Shown here in pieces: positions 8,371 to 20,532 of a stretch of 32,000 bases of DNA. Position 1 is the stretch's first letter. Every line of letters begins with the position of its first letter. The DNA is taken from assembly GCA_000091165.1 (NCBI GenBank), contig FP565575.1, forward strand, positions 1,650,001 through 1,682,000, given 5' to 3'. This DNA comes from Candidatus Methylomirabilis oxygeniifera (lineage in GTDB: Bacteria > Methylomirabilota > Methylomirabilia > Methylomirabilales > Methylomirabilaceae). The notes under the pieces are model-generated. The model was not told the origin of the DNA and made no database searches. It worked only from the letters and a program-made list of their open reading frames with translations. The position numbers were made by a program, and so were the translations under genes.

Positions 8371-9160
8371 GACAGTCAAAGATTCGTTGGATGCGATGCG
8401 GGACGGCACCCTCGGCCTGCCGGAGGCGAGTGAGGTGCGTGCGCACCTGGCGATCTGCCGATCCTGTGCGAGGGAGTGGGAGGTGACGGAGGCGCTGCGT
8501 GCGGTCATTCGCGACCGAGCCAGCGCACCCGTCGCCCCGGCCGCTTTCCATGCCGCGATGGCGCGCCTGGTAGAGCAGCAAGCGGCGCCCATGGGCTGGT
8601 TCGCTCGCTTCCAGGAGGCCTGCCGTCTCCGGCCCATCACAGCGATGGCCCTCACGGCGGCGATGGTGCTGCTCATCCTGGTCCCGCTGAATCTGCATAT
8701 GCTGTCCAAGTACGAAACTATTCTACCCCTGGTTGAGGAGTCGGTAAATGAGCACATTCGACTCACGCTTCGCGAGGCGCCGCCTGAGATCCCGACCAGG
8801 GAGTTGCAACCACTGCCTGTCAGACATCAACAACGGCTTGAACTTTCCCAATCGCTCTCCTTTCCCGACGATCAGGAGTATCGCCTGGTCGGGGGACAGG
8901 TAAGCTACCTGCTCCATCGGAAGGCGCTGACTGTGGCCTACTACCATCGGCCTGATCGGCCGATCACGCTACTGGTCTTACCCGGCGCAGGGATTCGGCT
9001 GCCGGACCGGTCGGTGAGCCTGAAGGGGAAAGTCTATTGGACCATTCATCACGGTTTTCGGACCGCACACTGGCGGCAAGGGCCGCTGATCTATTCGCTC
9101 GTCTCCGATTCCGGCGAAGCTGACCTGTCTCCTCTCATTGAAAAGCTTCGGCACAAATAG
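8357..9160 (+). CDS. Anti-sigma factor-like membrane protein with N-terminal zinc-finger-like motif
   Basis: Overlaps the sigma gene by 14 nt. MLSCETVKDSLDAMRDGTLGLPEASEVRAHLAICRSCAREWEV (H-x3-C-x2-C), then a single TM ITAMALTAAMVLLILVPLNLHML. Confidence 0.75.
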   Translation: MLSCETVKDSLDAMRDGTLGLPEASEVRAHLAICRSCAREWEVTEALRAVIRDRASAPVAPAAFHAAMARLVEQQAAPMGWFARFQEACRLRPITAMALTAAMVLLILVPLNLHMLSKYETILPLVEESVNEHIRLTLREAPPEIPTRELQPLPVRHQQRLELSQSLSFPDDQEYRLVGGQVSYLLHRKALTVAYYHRPDRPITLLVLPGAGIRLPDRSVSLKGKVYWTIHHGFRTAHWRQGPLIYSLVSDSGEADLSPLIEKLRHK

Positions 9161-9240
9161 GATCGGGCTGCACGATTGCGACAAGCCGGATCACGCCTTA
9201 CCGAGCAACGCATTGCCGCCCCAGCTTCGGTTACCTTCTG

Positions 9241-9303
9241 TCGATTTCCTGGAACCTCTTGCCCCCTTCAGGGCTTTTATACATAGAAGGGAGGTGAGAA
9301 GAG
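9241..9303 (+). promoter_or_regulatory. Conserved leader of the small membrane protein gene, copy 1
   Basis: cgatttcctggaacctcttgcccccttca-ggcttttata--tagaagggaggtgag is nearly identical to 18228-18286 and contains a strong SD. Confidence 0.75.
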
Positions 9304-9501
9304 ATGATGTGGGAGGGATTGTTCTCTGGCTGGCTCTCTGAGCCTCACGTCATGACCATCCTGTTTACCTGGTTTGTACAGGGCGTGTTTTGCTACAGCA
9401 TGTTCGTATTGCCCTACGGGCGAGAGCGGAAGGCGCAGGCAAGAGAGGCTGCGGAGGCTAAGAGGCCCACGGCGGTTGCGGGACGTCCGATCGCGGCTTG
9501 A
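9304..9501 (+). CDS. Small (65 aa) predicted membrane protein, paralogue of 18287-18499
   Basis: MMWEGLFSGWLSEPHVMTILFTWFVQGVFCYSMFVLPYGRERK...; near-identical 37-aa core in the second copy; SD gggaggtgag. Confidence 0.8.
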   Translation: MMWEGLFSGWLSEPHVMTILFTWFVQGVFCYSMFVLPYGRERKAQAREAAEAKRPTAVAGRPIAA

Positions 9502-9580
9502 GCGACCGTGGCTCCGACACCCAACGTGTACGCTGATGCGCTCTCTCGGCAAGGCGTGAGAAGGAGAGACAATTGTGAAG

Positions 9581-9620
9581 GAGGGGTCGATCCCGCGGTT
9601 CACGGGGACCGGCCTCTTTT
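9581..9620 (+). terminator. Probable Rho-independent terminator of the 65-aa gene
   Basis: GAGGGGTCGATCCCGCGGTTCACGGGGACCGGCCTCTTTT: hairpin followed by Ts, homologous to 18525-18563. Confidence 0.6.
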
Positions 9621-9953
9621 CGCATCCTTTGCCTAATCGTCCGACCGGTTTCTCCGGCTCGCCAGACTGAGCCTGAGTGAGGAGAGGCAAGTCCGATGGC
9701 GATGACCACCATTGGTCGGTTGGAGCGCCTGCTGGCCGTGTGTGTGCTGAGTTCCCGCGCATTACTCATCCAACTGACGCCCGCCCGCTCTATCCGCGGT
9801 CAGAAGCACTCACGCGCCATACCGTTCACCTGCCGGAGGCGGAAAAGGACCCTCGCCAAGCGCTTTGCGTTGCATCCGTCAGCAGGGGTGACCATTACCG
9901 TTGGGCAGGAAGACGACCGAGGCATATATTATTTGTGAGGTGAGCGATAACTC

Positions 9954-9974
9954 CCAGCGCTGGTAGAGCGCTGG
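9954..9974 (+). promoter_or_regulatory. Hairpin just upstream of the YHS-like gene's SD
   Basis: Perfect arms CCAGCGCT-ggtag-AGCGCTGG, ending 6 nt before the gggaggtgag SD (9981-9990). Confidence 0.45.
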
Positions 9975-9992
9975 TTAACAGGGAGGTGAGAA

Positions 9993-10472
9993 ATGGAAGG
10001 CCTGAAGAAGATTCGCTTGATTTTCATGCTGCTCTTCGCGATCACCGTAGCAGGAACCGTATATGCTGATTACCTGTCCGCAGAGGAGATCAAGGTTCGT
10101 CAACCAACCCAGGGTGAGATCGGCGCGATGGTCAGGTGTGCGACGATGAACGTAAAGTTTCAAGTCGCCAGCGATACGCCGGTCATCGATTACAAAGGAA
10201 AGAGCTATTTTTTCTGCTGTGAGACCTGCATGGACGCCTTCAAGAAAGATCCTGACAAGTACGCAGCAGCAACGTGGCCCATCGAGGCCTTGAAGACTCG
10301 TCAACCAACCCAGGGTGAGATCGGCGCGATGGTCAGGTGTGCGACGATGAACGTAAAGTTTCAAGTCGCCAGCGATACGCCGGTCATCGATTACAAAGGA
10401 AAGAGCTATTTTTTCTGCTGTAAGCCTTGCATGGAAACCTTTATGAGGGATCCTGATGTGTACGTAAAATGA
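9993..10472 (+). CDS. Secreted protein with two tandem YHS-like metal-binding domains
   Basis: Signal peptide (IRLIFMLLFAITVAGTVYA), then two copies of RQPTQGEIGAMVRCATMNVKFQVASDTPVIDYKGKSYFFCC..CM..F..DPD.Y, resembling YHS domains (CPVCGM...YKGKxYYFCSxxCxxxF). Confidence 0.75.
   Translation: MEGLKKIRLIFMLLFAITVAGTVYADYLSAEEIKVRQPTQGEIGAMVRCATMNVKFQVASDTPVIDYKGKSYFFCCETCMDAFKKDPDKYAAATWPIEALKTRQPTQGEIGAMVRCATMNVKFQVASDTPVIDYKGKSYFFCCKPCMETFMRDPDVYVK
10097..10220 (+). repeat. Direct repeat copy 1 (124 bp, identical to 10298-10421)
   Basis: Base-for-base identity with the second copy at an offset of 201 bp (67 codons). Confidence 0.92.
10298..10421 (+). repeat. Direct repeat copy 2 (124 bp)
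   Basis: Identical to 10097-10220, read directly. Confidence 0.92.
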
Positions 10473-11145
10473 GGCTCACGGGAACCGGAATCATTGCCAC
10501 GAGAAATACGAAAGGGTCAGAGCCGGGATAGTTGTCGGACCAATGGCAGACAACGAGCATATGAGCGGCCGAGCGCCGAGCCTGATCAACGGTATGCCCT
10601 CGCACGGCATACCGTTGATCACGAGAACCGGGAAAGCCTCAGTTCAAAGTGCGGGTCATAGCAATACGCAACAAATATCAGGAATCGCATTGCTCAAGAC
10701 CTTCGACTTCCGTTGTGAACAATTGTTGATACTTGCGCGTCAGCCGTTGTTCACGACTGTTCTCCTGGTCTTCCTTTCATTACCTCAGCACTACTCTCAA
10801 ATTCTCCCAACCCTGGATCACCTCTTATGACATGTCTTGCCTTCCTACCATCCAAGGGGTAACCTATCTACATCATGCGATCCCTCCTTTGGGCGCGCGG
10901 GTGATGGACCAATTTTACGTTAGCACACACTCACGACGCCGTTATAACGGTAATCCGAGCGCAACAGGGAACCGAGGTCCGCGTCGAAGCGGGTTTTCGT
11001 TCCGCTCGACAGGAAGTCGGTTCAGCTATACAGGGACCTCTCGCTCCGCTGAGTCTCGTCGGACGGAGCCCCCGACGACAAGGGCAAGTGCGCGTTTTGT
11101 CACAAGCCCCGCGGTGAATAGACGATATGGGTATGGAGGTGAGGG

Positions 11146-12507
11146 ATGAGGGCGGAAAAGAGCGTCCTGGCGTGCGGTGTGATGTTGGTGGTAGCCTTCG
11201 GTCCCGGCGTTGCGGGCGCCCAGGAAGAGGCGCGAGGCATGACGCTTCCCCGCGCCATCGAGATCGCCCTGGAGAAAAGCCCCCTCCTTCAGACTGCCCG
11301 ACATCGGGTAGGCGCGGCCGTCGCCGGTGTAGATCGGGCCAGGGCCGGCTTCCTCCCGAAACTGAATCTCAGCGAATCGTTCACCCGCTCCGACGATCCG
11401 GCATTTGTCTTCAGCTCGAAACTCAGCCAGGGCCGATTTGCCCAGGACGACTTCCAGATAGGGCGCCTGAACGATCCGAGTGCCATGACCAACTTCCGAA
11501 CGATCCTCGCGTTGTCCCAGCCGCTCTATACCGGCGGCAAGGTCTCGATCGGATTCGAACAGGCGAAGCTGAACCGGGAGGCGAGCGCACAGGGCCTCGA
11601 CCGAACCAGGCAGGAGGTGGTCTTCCACGTGGCCAGGGCGTACGACGGCGTCCTGCTGGCCCAGACCGATCTGGAGGTGGCAACGGCCGCGATCCAGGCG
11701 GCGGAGGCCAACCGGGATCTGGCCAGTATCCGGTTCGAGACAGGGCTGGTGGTCGAATCCGATCTGCTGTCGGCTGATGTCCGCCTGGCCCGTCTGCAGG
11801 AGCAGGCCATTACGGCCCGGAACACGCTCACCCTTGCCAAAGCCGCGTTGAACGACGTGATGGGCTTCCCGTTAGACCAGCCGTTCGACGTCACGGATCG
11901 ACTGACTCAGAGGGCAACTCGTTCTCAGGAGCTGACCGAATTGGAACGGCTTGCGCTGGAGCGGCGCCCTGACTATCGGCGGCTGGGCTTCGAGGAAGGG
12001 GCGCTCAACCGGGGGATCGGGTTGGCTCAGGCCGAATTCCTGCCGACCGTGGGCGCCACCGCAAGCTATGAGCTGAACCATCTGAAGTTCGCCGCCGATG
12101 GCCGGGACAGTTGGTTTGTCGGGGTCGCCTTTCAGTGGAATCTGTTCAACGGCCTGGAGGATCGCGCGAAGGTCGCGGAAGCCCAGGCCCACTTTTCAGA
12201 GATCCAGGCCGTTCGGACCAGGATGGCCAGCCGGATTCGACTCGAGACCAAGGAGGCGTTTCTGGCGCTCAAGACCGCCGAAGCGCGGATCGGGGTGGCG
12301 CAACGGGCGGTGGGCCAGGCCGAAGAGGCGTTGCGCATCGTGAAGGATCGGTATGAGGCGGGTCTGACCACAATCGTCGATCTCGTCGCCAGTGAGGCCG
12401 CCCTGACCCAGTCAAGAGGCAACCTCGCCCAGGCCCTGTATGATCATAACGTGGGTCTCGCAGCCCTGGAACTGGCGGTGGGAACCATCGGCAAAGAGTC
12501 ATTCTGA
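11146..12507 (+). CDS. TolC-family outer membrane efflux protein
   Basis: Signal peptide; MTLPRAIEIALEKSPLLQTAR; repeated coiled-coil halves; LDRTRQEVVFHVARAYDGVLLAQTDLEVA; SRGNLAQALYDHNVGLAALELAVG. Confidence 0.9.
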   Translation: MRAEKSVLACGVMLVVAFGPGVAGAQEEARGMTLPRAIEIALEKSPLLQTARHRVGAAVAGVDRARAGFLPKLNLSESFTRSDDPAFVFSSKLSQGRFAQDDFQIGRLNDPSAMTNFRTILALSQPLYTGGKVSIGFEQAKLNREASAQGLDRTRQEVVFHVARAYDGVLLAQTDLEVATAAIQAAEANRDLASIRFETGLVVESDLLSADVRLARLQEQAITARNTLTLAKAALNDVMGFPLDQPFDVTDRLTQRATRSQELTELERLALERRPDYRRLGFEEGALNRGIGLAQAEFLPTVGATASYELNHLKFAADGRDSWFVGVAFQWNLFNGLEDRAKVAEAQAHFSEIQAVRTRMASRIRLETKEAFLALKTAEARIGVAQRAVGQAEEALRIVKDRYEAGLTTIVDLVASEAALTQSRGNLAQALYDHNVGLAALELAVGTIGKESF

Positions 12508-12526
12508 GAGGTTGGGGGAGTTCAAC

Positions 12527-13722
12527 GTGCGAGGTGCAAAGCGGTCCCTTGCTCTTATTGCAGGCTTGCTTTTCGTTGCGGGATGCTCCTCAAGGGAGGA
12601 GGCGCCGAAGACCGAAGAGAAGCGGTCGGTCGTCACCGGGGTAAAGGTTGAGACGATCGGACTTCAGCCATTCCCGGAGGTGATCAGAGCGTCAGGGACG
12701 GTACAGTCGAGGAGGCAGAGCGTGCTCTCGGCGAAGATTACGGCCTCGGTCGTGGCCGTCCCTGTCACAGAGGGTGACCGGGTGAAGGCCGGTCAGGTAC
12801 TGGTGGAACTTGACGACCGGGATGTGAAGGCCCAGCGCGGGCGGGCCGAAGCCGGGCTTCGCGAGGCAAAAGATGCGCTCGAAGAGGTCGAGGCGGTCAT
12901 CCTGGCGCAGGGGAACGCCATTGATGCCGCAAAGGCTCAGGAAGAGCTGGCGCTGGCCACGCTTGCCAGATACAACACCCTGCTGGAGCGTCGCTCCGTC
13001 GCGCCTCAAGAGTTCGACGAGGTGGCCGCCCGGTCTAAGGCCGCATCGGCCGAACTGCAAAGGGCCCGGGAGGTGCGGATCTCTCTGTCCGCCAGGAAGA
13101 GCCAGACGTTGGCAAAGATCGACCAGGCTCAGGAGGCGCTGCACCACGCTCAGGCGGTCTTCGGCTACACGACGATCCGGGCTCCCTTCGACGGAATCAT
13201 CGTCGCCAAGAATGTTGAGGTCGGCAACCTTGCCGCCCCCGGTGCGCCTCTCCTGACGGTAGAAGACGAGCGATATCGCCTCGAGGCCACTGTCCAGGAG
13301 TCGGAGATCAGGAAGATTCGGATCGGGCAGCAGGCGGAGGCCGAGATCGATGCTATCGGCCGAACGCTGTCCGGTCCCATCGTCGAGATCGTCCCGGCGG
13401 CCGATCCTCAAAGCCGGACATTCACCGTGAAGATCGACCTGCCCCACACGCGGGGCCTTCGATCCGGCTTCTACGGACAGGCCCGCTTTGCCGTCGGCCG
13501 GCAACAGGCGCTGGCGATCCCTCGCAAGGCGGTCGTCGAGCAAGGTCAGCTTGAAGGCGTCTACGTCCTCGATCAGGACAACATCGCGCGTCTCCGGCTG
13601 GTGAAAACGGGCAAGGTGTACGAGGATCAGGTTGAGATCCTAACCGGCCTCAGCGCGGGCGAGCGCGTCATCGCGGAAGGGGTAGAACGGGTCTCCGACG
13701 GCAGCCGTGTGGAGAAGGGAGG

Positions 13723-13726
<4 letters not shown>
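12527..13726 (+). CDS. RND efflux periplasmic adaptor lipoprotein
   Basis: Lipobox-like LFVAGC; [45 protein letters not shown]; [35 protein letters not shown] start at 12527. Confidence 0.9.
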
Positions 13727-17028
<3,302 letters not shown>

Positions 17029-17136
17029 CAACCGGAGCGCCGTCGCTTGCGATCATAAGCCCGCGCCGTGTAGACTTGACAAGCGTTCGAAAAGACCCGA
17101 GAACCGCCCCAGTCGTAAGACATTTCGGACCGTGAC

Positions 17137-17586
17137 ATGCCAATCAATACCGAGGACCTTCGCCCTTATTCGTACACGGGTTCGACCTCAGCGCGGGAGA
17201 TGCCTACGTCGACCTGCACTGGCGTCTCTCACGCCACCCCCCTCCACCTTGATGAGACGAAGATCTGGACGCGGCGAGACTCCTATCCTGTTGATGGACG
17301 GTCGTACGCGGTGCTGTCCGACGAGCACGAGGTAGTGTTCGCCGCGCTGTCACTGGTCCGGAACCTCGGGGCAGGTAAGGCCAAGCTTATCAAGGTACTC
17401 GACCTGATCCAAATCGTCGCCGCGACCGATGCGACGATCGACTGGGACACGCTCCTCGAGGACGGCCGCCGAGACGGTACGTTCAACATTTTGGTAAACG
17501 TCCTAGCGCTCTACCTTGAGGTTACTGACGCCCAAGACCTCGCGCCGCGCCTGGCCAACGCGCTCGCGTGGCACACCGATCGCTGA
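17137..17586 (+). pseudogene. Frameshifted, N-terminally truncated nucleotidyltransferase-family-like remnant
   Basis: Frame 3 reads VHGFDLSAGDAYVDLHWRLSRHP (17172-17240). The homology-like reading then continues in frame 1 as LHLDETKIWTRRDSYPVDGRSYAVLSDEHEVVFAALSLVR...DWDTLLEDGRRDG. The switch lies at a C6 run (about 17237-17242). Confidence 0.5.
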
Positions 17587-18227
17587 CTACCGGTGTATCC
17601 GGCCGACTCGCCGCTATGCTTCAGGCCCGTTCACTTCAGCTTGGGCAACAGACTCTGGGCAGCGCGAGCCTACGATACGACGCGGACTCGGTGGCCCCTG
17701 TTGTGGGCGGTGTCATTACCGTTTCGTCAAGCGGTGTACCGATGGCGGCGACTCTAAAGAGTATATGAAGGGGCTTCCGACCGCGCGTAATGAGAGGATC
17801 GGGCCATGAGCTTGTTCTCGGAGCGCATTCGGACAAGACAACGCGGTCGACGTTTCCGACAATGAGTCAGCATCACAGCCGCTCAGCAGCGGACCGCGCT
17901 CCACCCTGTGCGGTCGGCACGGCATCGCGCGTTCACCGAGATGGGGTGCTGGTTTGCTTGGTATGAGACGTAACGGGTATGGCAGCTGATGGGGAGGCGC
18001 CAACGAGCCATCCGCTTGGCTGGGCAATGAACGACTGGACATCACTGAGGCGCTAACAGGGGGATGGGGCAAATCAGATGATCAAAGTGGGCCAAATCAA
18101 GCTGTCAAACCCACACCGTTCCTGTAGTACCGGTCGGGCATCCGGTAATCCGGATAAAGAGCAGTGAGATCGGGACAGCCGCCAGTTCGGCGCCTCGGTG
18201 CTTTCCCATCCCTGGGTCTCCTCGTGC

Positions 18228-18286
18228 CGATTTCCTGGAACCTCTTGCCCCCTTCACGGCTTTTATATGTAGAAGGGAGGTGAGCG
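18228..18286 (+). promoter_or_regulatory. Conserved leader of the small membrane protein gene, copy 2
   Basis: Near-identical to 9241-9303 including the SD aagggaggtgag. Confidence 0.75.
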
Positions 18287-18499
18287 ATGATGTCGGAGGC
18301 ATTGTTCTCTGGTTGGCTCTCTGAGCCTCACATGATTACGATCCTGTTTACCTGGTTTGTGCAGGGCGTGTTTTGCTACAGCATGTTTGTACTGCCCCAC
18401 AAGCAGGAGAGGGAGGCAATGAAAGCTGAGAAGCCTGCGCCGGTTGAGGAGTCCCGCAAGGCGGCTTGGGGGACCGGAGCGGCGGCATCCAGTGCATAA
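18287..18499 (+). CDS. Small (70 aa) predicted membrane protein, paralogue of 9304-9501
   Basis: MMSEALFSGWLSEPHMITILFTWFVQGVFCYSMFVLPHKQERE... Start may be the second ATG of atgatg. Confidence 0.8.
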   Translation: MMSEALFSGWLSEPHMITILFTWFVQGVFCYSMFVLPHKQEREAMKAEKPAPVEESRKAAWGTGAAASSA

Positions 18500-18524
18500 G
18501 GCCTGGAGTAGCTAAGCGCCAAAG

Positions 18525-18563
18525 AGGGGCCGATTCCGCACATCGAGGGGATCGGCTTTCATT
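18525..18563 (+). terminator. Probable terminator, homologous to 9581-9620
   Basis: GAGGGGCCGATTCCGCACATCGAGGGGATCGGCTTTCATTT: GCCGAT/ATCGGC stem followed by a T-rich tract. Confidence 0.5.
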
Positions 18564-18631
18564 TGTGTGAGGGAAAAAGTTGACGATAGTCCTTCCTGGG
18601 CGGACAATATGAGACCTCAGAGGAGTCAGCA

Positions 18632-19576
18632 ATGAAGTGCGTGTTTGGCCCGGTCCCATCGAGACGCTTAGGGCAGTCCCTCGGCATTGATCCGATTCCG
18701 TTTAAGACGTGTAATTGGAATTGCGTCTACTGCCAACTCGGGCGAAGCACACCCATGATCAACGAACGGCGCGACTACGTTCCGCCGGACGACATTATCG
18801 CGCAGGTGAAAGAAGCCCTCGCCGTTCATCGACCGGGAGAGATCGACTGGGTCACGTTTGTCGGATCTGGAGAGCCGACTCTTCACGCCAGCCTGGGCAA
18901 GATGATCAGGCAGGTCAAGGTCCTGACGGACATCCCGGTTGCGGTGATCACGAACGGTTCGTTGCTGTATCGTCCCGAAGTCAGAGAAGAGTTGGCAGCA
19001 GCCGATGCGGTGCTTCCCACCCTTGATGCGGGAACCGAATCGCTCTATCGCAAGATTAATCGTCCCTGGCCGGATCTGAGCTTCGAGCGTCTGGTCGATG
19101 GGTTGATCGCCTTCCGACGTGAGTTCTCCGGTAAGATGTGGATTGAGATCATGTTGATCAAGGGGGTCAATGACACAGAGACCGCCTTGAAAGACCTTGC
19201 GGCAGTGCTCCGTCGTATCGGACCGGATGAGGTTCACATCAACCTGCCGATTCGACCCCCGGCCGAACCGTGGGTTACGTCGGCTGATGAGGAAGGATTG
19301 GTCCTAGCCTCTGCTCTGCTGGGCGGGATCGCCCGTGTCCTGGTTCCGGCGGAGGGAGCGTTTGATCTGTCCGGCTATGGCAACGTGGTTGATGCCGTTG
19401 TCGGCGTGATCACTCGGCATCCGATGCGTGAAGACGACCTCATCAAGACGTTGGACCGCTGGACACCGGGACAGGTCGAACAGGCGCTCGCTGAGCTGGC
19501 TGCAAGCGGTCGAGCCCAAGTCGTGGTCCGCTATGGCAGGCGGTTCTGGAGCTATGTCGGCGCCCACTATGCGTGA
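18632..19576 (+). CDS. Radical SAM protein (COG0731-like Fe-S oxidoreductase)
   Basis: MKCVFGPVPSRRLGQSLGIDPIPFKTCNWNCVYCQLG with CxxxCxxC; VTFVGSGEPTLHASLG. Confidence 0.93.
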   Translation: MKCVFGPVPSRRLGQSLGIDPIPFKTCNWNCVYCQLGRSTPMINERRDYVPPDDIIAQVKEALAVHRPGEIDWVTFVGSGEPTLHASLGKMIRQVKVLTDIPVAVITNGSLLYRPEVREELAAADAVLPTLDAGTESLYRKINRPWPDLSFERLVDGLIAFRREFSGKMWIEIMLIKGVNDTETALKDLAAVLRRIGPDEVHINLPIRPPAEPWVTSADEEGLVLASALLGGIARVLVPAEGAFDLSGYGNVVDAVVGVITRHPMREDDLIKTLDRWTPGQVEQALAELAASGRAQVVVRYGRRFWSYVGAHYA

Positions 19577-19629
19577 GTACACAGACGCCCTGGCAGAGGC
19601 ATTGATGCACTCGACATTGCTTCGACAGT

Positions 19630-19721
19630 CCCCTCACCCTCGCCCTCTCCCCAAAGGGGCGAGGGGCACCCAAAAAGCTCTCCTCTCCCCCGATCTGGGG
19701 GAGAGGATTCAGGTGAGGGGG
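19630..19721. repeat. Intergenic imperfect palindromic repeat (CCCTCACCCTCGCCCTCTCCCC type)
   Basis: Left arm CCCCTCACCCTCGCCCTCTCCCC (19630-19652) pairs with right arm GGGGAGAGGATTCAGGTGAGGGG (19697-19720), with inner palindrome TCCTCTCCCCCGATCTGGGGGAGAGGA. Confidence 0.75.
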
Positions 19722-19777
19722 TGCAAGGAACAGGCTTTCATGCGCATGGGCGCGCCCACGGCGCATGCGGTATTCCC

Positions 19778-20524
19778 ATGACATTGCTGTGGATACTGGC
19801 TTTTGCCGTATTGGGGAGCGTTGGAGCAGTCGCGGGCGCGGCGACGGTGCTTCTGGTTCCTGAGAAGATGCGCGCAACGCTGATTCCATATCTCGTCAGT
19901 TATGCGACCGGCGCATTGCTCGGCGCGGCGCTGCTCGGCTTACTGCCCCATGCCATCGAACACCAACCTGCGGAGGCGATGCTCGCGACCGTACTCGCCG
20001 GTTTGTGCCTGTTCTTCGTGCTGGAGCGGATCGTCATCTGGCGACATTGCCACGTCGTCGGACATTGTGACGTACACAAGACGTCGGGTTACATGATTCT
20101 GGTTGGAGACGCGCTGCACAATTTCGTGGACGGCGTCATGTTGGCCGCGACGTTTCTCTCCTCGGTCCCGCTCGGGATTGCCGCCGGCCTGGCTGTCATC
20201 GCACATGAACTGCCGCAGGAGGTAGGCGACTTCGCCATCCTGCTGGACAGCGGACTGAAGCGGAAACAAGCCTTTCTGTTGAACCTCCTCTCCTCCGTGC
20301 CGACGTTACCCGGCGCGCTGCTGGGCTACTTTGCGCTGTCGCAGACGGTGGGAAGCGTTCCGTATGTCCTGGCGATCGCAGCCGCCAGCTTTTTGTACAT
20401 CGGTCTCGCCGATCTGGTGCCCGGACTCCAGGGACGCATCGGGCCTGAGACTGGGTGGAGACAATTTCTACTCATGCTGACCGGCGTCGGGACCATTCTC
20501 CTGGTCCAGCGCCTGCACGGCTGA
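19778..20524 (+). CDS. ZIP-family metal transporter (first copy)
   Basis: ATLIPYLVSYATGALLGAALLGLLPHAIE; GDALHNFVDGVMLAATFLSSVPLGIAAGLAVIAHELPQEVGDFAILLDSG (HNxxDG and HExPQE motifs). Confidence 0.9.
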   Translation: MTLLWILAFAVLGSVGAVAGAATVLLVPEKMRATLIPYLVSYATGALLGAALLGLLPHAIEHQPAEAMLATVLAGLCLFFVLERIVIWRHCHVVGHCDVHKTSGYMILVGDALHNFVDGVMLAATFLSSVPLGIAAGLAVIAHELPQEVGDFAILLDSGLKRKQAFLLNLLSSVPTLPGALLGYFALSQTVGSVPYVLAIAAASFLYIGLADLVPGLQGRIGPETGWRQFLLMLTGVGTILLVQRLHG

Positions 20525-20532
20525 AGGGCAAC

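Noticed and set aside
9241-9265. TGGAACCTCTTGCC as a sigma-54 (-24/-12) promoter in the conserved microprotein leader
   Set aside because: Only 8 nt lie between GG and GC, whereas the consensus needs 10; not called.
9677-9943. Small plus-strand ORFs between the 65-aa gene and the YHS-like gene
   Set aside because: No protein-like composition, overlapping frames of similar length, no SD for either; treated as non-coding.
9951-9975. GGTAGAGCG string resembling a tRNA D-arm
   Set aside because: No acceptor stem, anticodon arm or GGTTCGAATCC-like B box nearby; better explained as the loop and 3' arm of a simple hairpin.
10543-11145. ORFs of 95 and 138 aa upstream of the TolC gene
   Set aside because: No recognisable features or SD, and codon usage looks non-coding; probably intergenic DNA with possible regulatory content.
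18110-18145. Possible insertion sequence remnant or inverted repeat (gcatccggtaatccggataaag)
   Set aside because: Only a 5-bp stem and no transposase similarity could be seen in any frame.
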